A DNA stretch of 37,507 nt from Deltaproteobacteria bacterium (GCA_030672385.1 DAOVGN010000057.1:1-37507), one strand, 5' to 3'; positions 8,785 to 17,855 are shown, counted from the first letter of the stretch. The notes: a model not told the origin generated them from the sequence alone. Program-made: numbers and translations.

Positions 8785-9945
8785 TTAATCCCTCTTTTCT
8801 ATGAAGTTTCTTGCAATAATGACCTTTTGGATGTTTGAGGTACCCTCAACACTCTGATAGGACTTGGCATCTCTGTAGTACCGCTCTATCGGATACTCGG
8901 TACCGTAACCATACGATGCATAGACCTTCATCGCCTCATTGGCAGCCATAACTGCGGCTTCTGCACAGTAGTATTTTGCGGTGGAAATAGCAAGTGTTGG
9001 TCTCCCTCCTGCTTGCTCTAGGTTGTCCATGGTCCAGGCAGCCTTCAAGACTAGGAGTTTTGCCGCCTCATGCTCGCACCACATCCTGGCCAACTGATCC
9101 TGAATCATCTGGAACTGGACAATCGGCTGACCGAACTGAGTCCTCTCGTTGGCGTACTGCTTGGCCAGTTCAAAGCACTTCTCAGCCACCCCAGCGGCAC
9201 GTGCTGCGCAGGAGAGGCGCGTTCTGTCAAGCATGTACATGGCGATCTTAAAACCATCCCCAGGCTTGCCCACTATGCTGTCCTTTGGAATTTTTACATC
9301 CTCAAAGATGATTTCGCCGGTGGGTGAACTGAAAAGGCCTAGCTTTTCAGTAATCGCCCGCTGTTCGATTCCAGGTGTCTTCATGTCAACCATAAAAGCG
9401 GATATCCCCCTGTGTTTCTTCTCACGATCGGTCATGGCAAAGATGATCCCAATAGTTGACACTGGTACACCGGAGATCCACATCTTGCTTCCGTTCAGGA
9501 CATAACCGTCATCTACTTCTTTGGCCGTGGTCCTCATAGAGGCCACATCCGACCCGGTGTCGGCCTCAGTCAGTGCGAAGCAACCGTATTCATCTGCGCT
9601 GATAAGAGGCGGAATATATTTTTCACGTTGTTCCTCATTCCCAAAGGCCAACAGGACACCCTGAACGGCGTTCATCTGGAGGTTAAAGGTGACTCCGTAG
9701 GAAGGGCTCTCCTTGGCAACCTCAATGGTCGCAAGGGTAGCGGCGAGATACCCCATTTCAGTACCGCCGTATTTCTCCGGTGCAATACAACCAAAAAAGC
9801 CGAGTTCTGCCATTTTTTTAACAATTTTCTCGTTGTAAACGTGATTCTTCTCGTCTTCCTCTACCGTAGGAGCGATTTCATTCTGGGCAAAGTCTTTGGC
9901 CATATCTTGTAGGATTCGTTGTTCCTCTGTTAAACCAAGTTCCAT
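8785..9945 (-). CDS. acyl-CoA dehydrogenase, related to non-decarboxylating glutaryl-CoA dehydrogenase
   Basis: FALTEADTGSD, LNGSKMWIS, ERTQFGQPI..FQ, YYRDAK, SVEGTSNIQ; located in the benzoyl-CoA operon. Confidence 0.85.
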   Translation of the reverse strand: MELGLTEEQRILQDMAKDFAQNEIAPTVEEDEKNHVYNEKIVKKMAELGFFGCIAPEKYGGTEMGYLAATLATIEVAKESPSYGVTFNLQMNAVQGVLLAFGNEEQREKYIPPLISADEYGCFALTEADTGSDVASMRTTAKEVDDGYVLNGSKMWISGVPVSTIGIIFAMTDREKKHRGISAFMVDMKTPGIEQRAITEKLGLFSSPTGEIIFEDVKIPKDSIVGKPGDGFKIAMYMLDRTRLSCAARAAGVAEKCFELAKQYANERTQFGQPIVQFQMIQDQLARMWCEHEAAKLLVLKAAWTMDNLEQAGGRPTLAISTAKYYCAEAAVMAANEAMKVYASYGYGTEYPIERYYRDAKSYQSVEGTSNIQKVIIARNFIEKRD

Positions 9946-10023
9946 GACATTCCTCCTTATTACTAAGTTAATAAAATAAAGCCTTTATGTCTCCAAACTT
10001 GATTGCCGCTGATGACGACAACT

Positions 10024-10060
10024 TTGTGCAATTTATAACAAACTCCTCCATTTTTGTCAA
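10024..10060 (-). promoter_or_regulatory. sigma70 promoter of the benzoyl-CoA operon with an overlapping Rex-like operator
   Basis: Minus strand TTGACA (10060-10055)-17 bp-TATAAA (10037-10032); the 18-bp imperfect palindrome TTGTGCAATTTATAACAA (10024-10041) covers the -10. Confidence 0.6.
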
Positions 10061-10138
10061 GCCCTTAAATTTAACCACTGGTAAAAGAGGGGATGAAATG
10101 GTATGTTACTGTACTGTAAAACCATCACGCAGGAGAAG

Positions 10139-10152
10139 ACCGTATATACGGT
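10139..10152. promoter_or_regulatory. perfect 14-bp palindrome, candidate transcription-factor site
   Basis: ACCGTATATACGGT in the divergent intergenic region. Confidence 0.4.
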
Positions 10153-10174
10153 TTAAGTAACCTTTTGGGGAAAT

Positions 10175-10187
10175 GGGGGGGGGGGGG
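10175..10187 (+). repeat. G13 homopolymer tract
   Basis: 13 consecutive G in the intergenic region, about 95 bp upstream of ruvX. Confidence 0.9.
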
Positions 10188-10281
10188 TTATCTCTTCAAC
10201 TAAAGGTGTGTAAAAGGATCGGGGTCTTTTAAACGTCCGAGGTCAGCACAATCTCTCATAAGCGATTAAAAAAGGAGTTTT

Positions 10282-10719
10282 ATGAAGGTCTTAGGGCTTG
10301 ACGTGGGAGAAAAGAGGATAGGTATCGCCATCAGCGATGAATTGGGATGGACCGCCCAGGGGCTGAAGGTGTTGAATAGGAAGGGTATAGGTGACGACCT
10401 ACAGGAGATAAAGGAACTGATCATGGACTCAGGGGTTTCTGGGGTAGTGGTGGGACTTCCCAAAAACATGAACGGTTCCTTGGGAGAGAGTGCACAGAGG
10501 GTATTATCCTTTGTGGAAAAGATGGAGGAATTCTTGTCTGTTCCCCTAATACTTTGGGATGAAAGATTAACTACATTAGAGGCCACCCGTATCCTTTTAG
10601 AGGCGGATCTCAGCAGAAAAAAAAGGCGCAAGGTGGTGGACAAACTGGCTGCTGTCCTTATTCTGCAGGGGTATCTCGATAGCTTGGCTCAAGTTGAAAA
10701 AGGGGAAGATCAGAAATGA
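10282..10719 (+). CDS. ruvX: YqgF/RuvX family nuclease (pre-16S rRNA maturation)
   Basis: LGLDVGEKRIGIAISD, VVGLPKNMNG, WDERLTT, VDKLAAVLILQGYLD. Confidence 0.97.
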   Translation: MKVLGLDVGEKRIGIAISDELGWTAQGLKVLNRKGIGDDLQEIKELIMDSGVSGVVVGLPKNMNGSLGESAQRVLSFVEKMEEFLSVPLILWDERLTTLEATRILLEADLSRKKRRKVVDKLAAVLILQGYLDSLAQVEKGEDQK

Positions 10720-11738
10720 CGGGTCGTCTTTGGAGGACATCTTCTATTGGGGTGCTCCTGCTTGCCTTTTACCTCTTCTTGGACGCCTTTTCGTTCCTCT
10801 TGCTTCCCCCGAAATTCACGGGTGAAGAGAGGGAGGTAGTGGTCCCCAAGGGTTCGACCTTTAAACAGGTAATGCGTATTCTGGAGGGGAAGGAACTGCT
10901 GCGCAGTCCGATGAGATTTTATCTCATGGCGAGGATAGTAGGCGCTACGGGGAGGGTAAAGGCGGGAGAATATAATCTGAGCACCTCCATGCTCCCTCAA
11001 AAGATCCTGTGGAAGCTTGTCAAAGGGGATGTGATAAAATATCAGATTACTATCCCAGAAGGATATAGTGTCCGACAGATCGCCTCCTATTTGGAAGAAA
11101 AGGGGATCATAGATAGGCAAGAGGAGTTTTTCAAGCTGGCCTTCTCTTCCGAATTTGCCGCCAGTTTGGGGATAGCAGGAGAGGGTATGGAGGGCTATCT
11201 GTTCCCTGATACCTATCTCTTCTCCAGAGGGCTTATCCCTGAGGAGGTGATCAAGACAATGGCCATAAGTTTTAAGAGGGTCTATAAACCGGATTTTTCC
11301 CTGAGGGCCGCTGAGTTGGGACTAACGGATAGGGAGATCGTCATCCTCGCCTCCATCATCGAGAAGGAAACAGGTCTGCCCGAGGAGCGCATCCTGATCT
11401 CCGCAGTCTTCCATAACCGCTTGAAGAAGGGTATCCCCCTCTGTAGTGACCCCACTGTAATCTATGGGCTTGAGGGATTTGATGGAAACCTCAGAAAAAA
11501 GGACCTGAAGAAGAAGACGCCCTACAACACCTATTTGTTCCGGGGGCTTCCCCCTGGCCCTATAGCCAATCCAGGGAGAGCATCCATCTGGGCGGCCTTG
11601 TATCCTGCCCCGGTCAAATACCTCTATTTTGTTTCCCGCAATGATGGATCTCATCATTTTTCCGTCAGCCTAAGAGAGCACAACAAGGCTGTATGGCGGT
11701 ATCAAAAAGGAGGCAGGAGGGGTCTTAAGTTGCAATGA
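10716..11738 (+). CDS. mltG: endolytic transglycosylase MltG
   Basis: N-terminal TM; ITIPEG, EGYLFPDTY, LASIIEKE, DPTVIYG, YNTY..GLPPGPIANPG. Confidence 0.97.
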   Translation: MTGRLWRTSSIGVLLLAFYLFLDAFSFLLLPPKFTGEEREVVVPKGSTFKQVMRILEGKELLRSPMRFYLMARIVGATGRVKAGEYNLSTSMLPQKILWKLVKGDVIKYQITIPEGYSVRQIASYLEEKGIIDRQEEFFKLAFSSEFAASLGIAGEGMEGYLFPDTYLFSRGLIPEEVIKTMAISFKRVYKPDFSLRAAELGLTDREIVILASIIEKETGLPEERILISAVFHNRLKKGIPLCSDPTVIYGLEGFDGNLRKKDLKKKTPYNTYLFRGLPPGPIANPGRASIWAALYPAPVKYLYFVSRNDGSHHFSVSLREHNKAVWRYQKGGRRGLKLQ

Positions 11739-11780
11739 TCCTTTTCGATGGTTAAATTTTGATAAAGGGGCGTTTTTGTT

Positions 11781-12938
11781 ATGGAGGCGGATAAACTCAT
11801 TTTTGAACAGGGACCGATAAGACCTCCTAGCGAGGCCTATAGCCTCTTGATAAGAGCCACCAGGAACTGTACGTGGAACAAGTGTGCCTTTTGTCATACT
11901 TATAAAGGGAAAAAGTTTGAAAAAAGATCGGTCAACGAGGTCAAAGCTGACATCCAGGCCGCCAAGGACATAGCTGATGAGATAAAGGCACTCTCCTGGA
12001 GATCTGGCTATGGTGGTGATGTAACGAGAGAGTTGGTGGAGACCGTCTTTCGATATCCACATCTCTATAATGACCACTTCCGCAGCATCGCCCTTTGGTT
12101 ATATGTCGGGGGAAAACACGTCTTCTTGCAGGACGCCAATTCCATCGTCCTCAAGACCACAGAACTAGTTGAGATCCTGACGTTTTTAAAGGATACATTC
12201 CCCCAGGTGGATAGGATTACCAGTTATGGTAGGTCCAGAACCATAGCTAAAAGAAAGAGTATCGAGGAATTGAAGGAGCTCAAAGAGGCAGGCCTGACAA
12301 GGCTACATATTGGCCTTGAGTCCGGATGGGACTTTTTATTGGAGTACATTAACAAGGGGGTTACCGCAGCGGAACATATCGAAGCCGGCAGGAAGGTGAT
12401 GGAATCCGGGATTGAGCTCTCGGAGTATGTGATCTTGGGTCTAGGGGGAAAGAAGTGGTGGAAGGAACATGCGCTGGAGACGGCTAAGGTATTAAACCAG
12501 ATCAGCCCCCACTTCATCCGCCTGCGTACCCTGAAGGTCCTCCCCCAAATGCCCTTGCAGAAAAAGATAGATGAGGGTGACTTCGTCCTCCAGACAGAAG
12601 AAGAGATGGTCAGAGAGGAGAGACTCTTGATAGAGAACTTCAACGGGATTGACAGCACTTTCTTGAGTGATCATATCCTCAACCTGTTAATGGAAGTAGA
12701 GGGCAAGCTTCCCGCGGAAAAAGAGAAGATGCTTAATATCATCGATGCCTTTCTTATCCTTCCCCCTGAGGAAAAACTCAATTTCAGGCTGGGAAAGAGG
12801 GCAGGGATCTATAATGTCATGGAGGATATGTCTGATCCTGTATTATATCGCCAAGTAGAAGATCTGGCAGAGAAACTCGAGGCTGAGCAGGGTGGGGTGG
12901 AAGCAGCCATATCTAAGATCAAGGAGGCCTTCCTCTAA
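11781..12938 (+). CDS. radical SAM protein of unknown function
   Basis: EQGPIRPPSEA; CTWNKCAFC cluster motif; FLQDAN; HIGLESG; SDHILN. Confidence 0.9.
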   Translation: MEADKLIFEQGPIRPPSEAYSLLIRATRNCTWNKCAFCHTYKGKKFEKRSVNEVKADIQAAKDIADEIKALSWRSGYGGDVTRELVETVFRYPHLYNDHFRSIALWLYVGGKHVFLQDANSIVLKTTELVEILTFLKDTFPQVDRITSYGRSRTIAKRKSIEELKELKEAGLTRLHIGLESGWDFLLEYINKGVTAAEHIEAGRKVMESGIELSEYVILGLGGKKWWKEHALETAKVLNQISPHFIRLRTLKVLPQMPLQKKIDEGDFVLQTEEEMVREERLLIENFNGIDSTFLSDHILNLLMEVEGKLPAEKEKMLNIIDAFLILPPEEKLNFRLGKRAGIYNVMEDMSDPVLYRQVEDLAEKLEAEQGGVEAAISKIKEAFL

Positions 12939-13081
12939 GTCTTCCCAAAGCTCTCACAGTTTTATTTCTCCCTGTCTCTTCCAGATGGATGCCGAGATCT
13001 GCCAAACCTTAAAAGTTCTTAAAATTTATTGACTTCTCACTATAATATGATTTAATAGTTAAAAAACATGGGGTAGGACAT

Positions 13082-13498
13082 GTGTTAAAGGGAATTTGGG
13101 GGAAGAAGGTAGTGGGGAAAGGAAGGTTCTTCAGGACTAAGGTCTTGATGTCGGTGAGGCTGAGGCTCATTGACCTCGTTAAAGGAAGAGGACTTACTTC
13201 TTGGATAGAAGGAAACACCAGGGAGTTGGCCGATGATGGGTTTGTAGTCGAAGTTGCTCGAGTTATGGTAGATGGCTTTCACATATTTACCGATGCCATG
13301 AAAGAGGGTAGGGGACTAGAGTTAGAGTTGGAACTTCCCTCAAATGGAGGAACATTGAGGGGAAGGGGGAAGGCCCTTTGGTTCAAGCAGTCAGCGGATG
13401 GTTCTTCGCGTCCCTTTGAAGCTGGTGTATTATTGACCGAGATAGGTGAAGAGGAGAAAGAGAGTTGGTTGGAGTTTACAAGGGGGTTGCCCGAATAA
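13082..13498 (+). CDS. PilZ-like domain protein with degenerate c-di-GMP motifs
   Basis: R..R.KV..SVRL, GNTRELADDG, LELELELP, GKALW, AGV pattern fits the PilZ beta-barrel; start codon uncertain. Confidence 0.65.
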   Translation: MLKGIWGKKVVGKGRFFRTKVLMSVRLRLIDLVKGRGLTSWIEGNTRELADDGFVVEVARVMVDGFHIFTDAMKEGRGLELELELPSNGGTLRGRGKALWFKQSADGSSRPFEAGVLLTEIGEEEKESWLEFTRGLPE

Positions 13499-13693
13499 TA
13501 ATAAAGTTAGCATGACCTCTGCATATTAGGTACAGCTAAACCTTCACTCCTAAAAAATAAGGTTTTTCGAATTCCATGATGGATGAAAGATAAAATGGTT
13601 TACCTTATACTGTGAGAGGGAAAAAGAAAATCCCAAGAGAATAGCCATGAAAACGTATTCTTTCCCTTCATGAAAAATCCATCCTAGAGCCAA

Positions 13694-13733
13694 CCCTGCT
13701 TCTCGCCGCTGGGTCCTCGCAGCGAGGGTAGGG
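13694..13733. other. GC-rich stem-loop in non-coding DNA
   Basis: CCCTGCTTCTCGC ... GCGAGGGTAGGG pair (with G-U pairs and one bulge) within an AT-rich gap. Confidence 0.4.
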
Positions 13734-13889
13734 CCCTTACCTTTTGTTGCAAATATTGGACATCCCCGAAATTACCCCATAGACCTGGCTTCAATAGCAG
13801 AGGGAGACAACTGCGCTTTTTTTGCGGACGTAGAAGCACATCCTAAAGATTCTAGCCATAAAAAGGCTTTAATTTTAACCAGTTATCAT

Positions 13890-13917
13890 TGAAAACATAA
13901 AGTATCGTATCAGATAA
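13890..13917 (-). other. degenerate second dif-like site
   Basis: + strand TGAAAACATAA-AGTATC-GTATCAGATAA aligns without gaps to the dif at 14033 (18/28 identical; 17/20 in the core). Confidence 0.45.
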
Positions 13918-14032
13918 GACATGCTTGCCAGTGTTCTTAAGAGCTCAACAAGTGGGGGATCACAGGAAATAGGCTTAAAAAACGTGCGTAAGACCCCAGA
14001 GACATACAGATATGTAGATTGATATCTAAATT

Positions 14033-14060
14033 AGTTTACATAATATATCTTATCAGACTC
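14033..14060 (-). other. dif: dif site (XerC/XerD chromosome dimer resolution site)
   Basis: Minus strand GAGTCTGATAA-GATATA-TTATGTAAACT has the 11-6-11 layout with ATAA/TTAT inner repeats and an XerD-type arm TTATGT.AA.T; intergenic. Confidence 0.8.
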
Positions 14061-14085
14061 AATATGACTCAAAAAATAAGGTCCT

Positions 14086-14607
14086 TTACGACCCGCTTTG
14101 GCTAGGGCCATTTGCTAGGGTGTCAACAGATACTATTTCTCCTTTGATTTCATCGCCTTCAATGGTCAAAAACCCAATGCTATTTGCTCTACTGTCAGTC
14201 GGAGAACCGGGATTAAAAAAGAGAGTATCACCACGTATATGATTTGCGCCATTATGGCTGTGCCCATAGATAATGCACTTCACATCCTCTCCCTGGAAGG
14301 CTTTTTCAATCCTCTCCTCCAAGTCATGCGGTGCGCCCCATCCATGGATTACTCCAATCATAATACCTTTTACCTTAAAAATCCTCTTCTCAGGGAGCAA
14401 GGAACGTAATTCAGGTGGATCCATGTTTCCATGTACAGCAACTAAATTGCCTGAAACCATTTCATTTAGATAATAATAGACCTCCGGACTGGTAAAATCG
14501 CCTGCATGGACCACCATTTGGCAGTCAATAAAACGATTTTTGACCAAATCCATAAATTCCTTCGTTAGATATGCCAGATGAGTATCTGAGATTACGCCTA
14601 TACGCAT
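14086..14607 (-). CDS. metallophosphoesterase, YfcE/MJ0936 family
   Basis: ISDTH, HAGD, GNMD, HG, GHSH, NPGS motifs; ATG at 14607 (alternative TTG at 14616). Confidence 0.92.
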   Translation of the reverse strand: MRIGVISDTHLAYLTKEFMDLVKNRFIDCQMVVHAGDFTSPEVYYYLNEMVSGNLVAVHGNMDPPELRSLLPEKRIFKVKGIMIGVIHGWGAPHDLEERIEKAFQGEDVKCIIYGHSHNGANHIRGDTLFFNPGSPTDSRANSIGFLTIEGDEIKGEIVSVDTLANGPSQSGS

Positions 14608-14830
14608 TTTTGTCAATAATTATATATTGTTAGGATTTATTCTTTAAAAAATTACCTTAAATATTTCCATTCTAGTGGTCAGCTCGTACATGTGAAAGGG
14701 CTCATACGCTAACTGTATGCTTCACGGAAATTGCCATCCAGTCCTCTTTATGTAAGGTAAAGGAGCTTTGTTGTCAACCCTTAATCCCTCCTTGATTAGA
14801 AGGGGGAATAGTGGTATTTTAAATATATCC

Positions 14831-15451
14831 ATGGGATGGGATGTAACTTGTGTCATCTTGGCAGGGGGAGAAAATCGCCGCATGGGGCAGGACAAGCTCT
14901 TCGTCCAAGTGGGAGATGTTCGCCTCTTTGATTGCGTCTATGGTAGATGTCAAGATCTATTTTCTGAGATCATCATCGTGACCAACCAACCCCAACACTT
15001 CGACGACTATCATGCCCTTATAGTTACGGATGAGATTCCAGGGGCTGGTTCCTTGGGAGGTCTTTACACGGGGCTGTTGCGGGCGAGCCATTATCATACA
15101 TTTTGTGTGGCCGGTGATATGCCCTTTCTCCAATCCAAACTCATCGCTCATCTTATCCAGATGAGGTTCAATTATGATGTGGTCATTCCCATTACAAGAA
15201 AAGGGTTAGAACCCCTTCACGCCCTCTACTCAAAGAGGTGTATTGAACCCATCTCAAAGCTTCTGGCAAGGGGGAAGTTCAAAATCGCCAAGTTTTTCCC
15301 CGATGTGCTGGTCAGGTATTGTGAGGAAGAAGAGATCGGAAAGCTCGATCCATCTCTTGCCTCTTTTACCAACATTAACACCAAAAAGGACCTCTTGAAG
15401 ATACAAGAGCTGTTAAAAGATAATGGATGGAGGGACAAATTAAAGGCTTAA
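14831..15451 (+). CDS. mobA: molybdenum cofactor guanylyltransferase
   Basis: ILAGGENRRMGQDK, GSLGGLYTGL, AGDMPFL, EPLHALY, NINT. Confidence 0.93.
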   Translation: MGWDVTCVILAGGENRRMGQDKLFVQVGDVRLFDCVYGRCQDLFSEIIIVTNQPQHFDDYHALIVTDEIPGAGSLGGLYTGLLRASHYHTFCVAGDMPFLQSKLIAHLIQMRFNYDVVIPITRKGLEPLHALYSKRCIEPISKLLARGKFKIAKFFPDVLVRYCEEEEIGKLDPSLASFTNINTKKDLLKIQELLKDNGWRDKLKA

Positions 15452-17352
15452 TAAAGAATATATATTTAGCCCTACTACTCGCTATCCTCCTTGCTCCCCT
15501 ACCCTCTTCCGGATCTTCTTCTAAAGAGCTTTTGCAGGTAGGAACTGGAGCCTTTAAAGACGGTTTTTATCAGGTAGCTGAGGCCCAATTTCGTGAGTTT
15601 CTACAGTTATATCCCGGACATCGTCAGGTTCCGAGGGTTATGTATCTCTTGGGGAAGGCGCTCTATGAGCAGAAGAAGTTTGCTGAAGCCAAGGGTGTCT
15701 TTGAGAAGTTACTTTACGCAAAAAAGAATTTTAAAGAAAGAGAGGCGGTATATTTCTGGCTGGCCCGCTCCTGCGAAGAGCTAAATGATCTCACCTGTGC
15801 TAAAAAGGGGTTTTTGGTCATCATCGAAAGGTATCCCAAAAGCCCTTGGTATCTTTCCTCCCTTTACCTGCTTGGTAAGATCTCATTTCAGGAAGACCAG
15901 TTCAAAAGGTCGGAGGAATACCTCAGGAAGGCCCTCGGAAAGGACTGCAAGATCGCTGCTCCTCTGTCCTGCCACGTCAAGTTTTGGCTTGGACTAACCC
16001 TCTATGAACAAGGGAAGTATAAGGAGGCAGAGGATTCATTCCATGAGGCAGTAAGCAGCGTATTTAAAGATGGTCCCCTCGAAGAGACCCTCTATTGGCT
16101 GGGAGAGACCAAAATTAAATTAAAAAAATATAAGGAAGGGGCAGAGACCTTTTCCTCCCTTCTGAGCGACTTCCCTCAATCTCCCCTTACCCCCAACGCC
16201 CTCTATGGGAAAAGTTGGTGTTTGTATATGTACGAAATGAAAGAGGAGGCCTTGAAGGGGCTTTTAACATTACAGAGGGGGTTTCCACATAGCCCGTTGT
16301 TCCCCCAAGTCTTGTCCCTCATGGGGGAGATATATATGGGCCTTGACAGATATCAGGAGGCCATAGAGGTCTTCAAAGAAGTCCTCAGCCGATTTCCTAA
16401 AGATCCTATAAAGGGACAAATCCTTTTGAACCTGGGTTGGTGTTACCTCCAAATAGGTGACCTCCACCGGCTCAAAGAGATAGCCTTTGAAATAGTTAAA
16501 CTCCCTCCGGGAGAGCGCGAAAGGGACTTGGCGCAGTATATCCTGGGTGAGCTCAATTCCTATGAGGGTAAGTGCCAAGAGGCCCTGCCCTACTGGTTCA
16601 ACCTCCTCAACGTCACTCCTTATCGTCAATATGCCCTATTTAACATCGCCCTCTGCTCCTTCAATGAAGGAAGGTTTAAGGAAAGCCTCGTTAACCTCGA
16701 CCTCCTGCAGCTGGAGTACCCAAATTTTAAAAAGATGGACGAAGCCCTATGGATTAAAGGGGAGTCCTTCCGGGAGCTTAGAAACCTGTCCGAAGCGAGC
16801 AGGGCCTACCAGAGTATCATAAAACAGTACAAGAGGTCCCCGTGGTATCCTTGGTGCGTTTACAGGATGATGCTTATTCTCTTGGATAAGGGGGATCTTG
16901 ATAGGGGTGAGAGATGGTTTCATATCCTGCATAGAAAGTTTCCCTACCATAAACTGTCTTATGAGGCGGCCCTAAAATTGGGCATACGGAAGGTGGAAAG
17001 TGTAAAATACGAATCCTCTCTCCGCTATCTAGATATCGCTGTCCGCTCTCCTGATAGAGGGGTAGCCCAAAATGCCCTTTGCTGGCAGGGTGAGATCTAC
17101 TTTAACCTCAAGGAGTATCAGAAGGCCTTGAGTTGTTATCAAAGGGCCATCGGTGAAAAACCCACCAAAGGGGATGCGTGCGCTGCCGTGGCATATTTGG
17201 AGACAGGAAACATCAAACACCTCTTGGGTGATCAAAAGGGGGCAAAAGAGGCCTATAAAAAGGCCTTGCATATCTCTGGGGATAAAGAATTTATAGACAA
17301 GGTAAAAGGGCTGTTAAAGGAGTTGACTGAGGCCATGGAGGAGGGCCATTGA
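15427..17352 (+). CDS. exported tetratricopeptide repeat protein
   Basis: N-terminal hydrophobic signal; many TPR units (Y.LG...Y....Y.EA...F......YP). Confidence 0.88.
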   Translation: MEGQIKGLIKNIYLALLLAILLAPLPSSGSSSKELLQVGTGAFKDGFYQVAEAQFREFLQLYPGHRQVPRVMYLLGKALYEQKKFAEAKGVFEKLLYAKKNFKEREAVYFWLARSCEELNDLTCAKKGFLVIIERYPKSPWYLSSLYLLGKISFQEDQFKRSEEYLRKALGKDCKIAAPLSCHVKFWLGLTLYEQGKYKEAEDSFHEAVSSVFKDGPLEETLYWLGETKIKLKKYKEGAETFSSLLSDFPQSPLTPNALYGKSWCLYMYEMKEEALKGLLTLQRGFPHSPLFPQVLSLMGEIYMGLDRYQEAIEVFKEVLSRFPKDPIKGQILLNLGWCYLQIGDLHRLKEIAFEIVKLPPGERERDLAQYILGELNSYEGKCQEALPYWFNLLNVTPYRQYALFNIALCSFNEGRFKESLVNLDLLQLEYPNFKKMDEALWIKGESFRELRNLSEASRAYQSIIKQYKRSPWYPWCVYRMMLILLDKGDLDRGERWFHILHRKFPYHKLSYEAALKLGIRKVESVKYESSLRYLDIAVRSPDRGVAQNALCWQGEIYFNLKEYQKALSCYQRAIGEKPTKGDACAAVAYLETGNIKHLLGDQKGAKEAYKKALHISGDKEFIDKVKGLLKELTEAMEEGH

Positions 17353-17855
17353 TGCTGCGGTGGGAGATCAAAGAGATGAGGAGGGATCACCTAAAACAGG
17401 TTATGGAAATTGAGAGAAAATCCTTCCCTACCCCTTGGACCAGGGGTATGTTCCTCTACGAGCTAACCTCTCCCAAATCCTTTAATTTCGTGGCCACCCC
17501 TCTGATGGAAGAGGAAAAATTGGTCTTAGGCTATATCATCTTTTGGATGGCCAAGGGGGAGGTTCATATATTAAATTTGGCCACCCATCCCTCCTTTTGC
17601 AGATTGGGGATTGCCTATTCCCTCATCCTTTTCGCCCTAGACTTTTCCTATAAAAAGGGGGGGATATTGTACATTCTAGAGGTCAGGCAGGGGAACCATG
17701 CTGCCCTCAACCTTTACCGGAAGGTGGGCTTTGCACCTTGGGGGATTAAAAAAAGATACTACCCCGATACCGGTGAAGATGCCATTATAATGAGGCTCTT
17801 TTTCGGGGATCGAACACATGGCCAAGATGCCGATGGGCAACCCCACCTACCTTAG
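17349..17855 (+). CDS. rimI: ribosomal protein S18 alanine N-acetyltransferase
   Basis: IERKSFPTPW, EVHILNLA, LEVR.GN.AA.NLY.K.GF, RYYPDTGEDAIIM. Confidence 0.92.
   Translation: MMLRWEIKEMRRDHLKQVMEIERKSFPTPWTRGMFLYELTSPKSFNFVATPLMEEEKLVLGYIIFWMAKGEVHILNLATHPSFCRLGIAYSLILFALDFSYKKGGILYILEVRQGNHAALNLYRKVGFAPWGIKKRYYPDTGEDAIIMRLFFGDRTHGQDADGQPHLP

Noticed and set aside
11781-12938. CX4CX2C spacing in the radical SAM protein as a novelty
   Set aside because: As far as I recall this spacing is usual for the RPPSEA-type subfamily, and the context gives no clue to substrate
13500-14030. tRNA, riboswitch or other known RNA gene in the gap
   Set aside because: No cloverleaf or recognisable conserved RNA motif seen, only one hairpin
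13552-14082. 12-bp direct repeat AAAAAATAAGGT at 13552 and 14071 as a target-site duplication
   Set aside because: Low-complexity match in AT-rich DNA; no transposase or terminal inverted repeats
14610-14640. Possible third dif-like site upstream of the metallophosphoesterase
   Set aside because: Only an AT-rich core resembles dif; both arms match poorly
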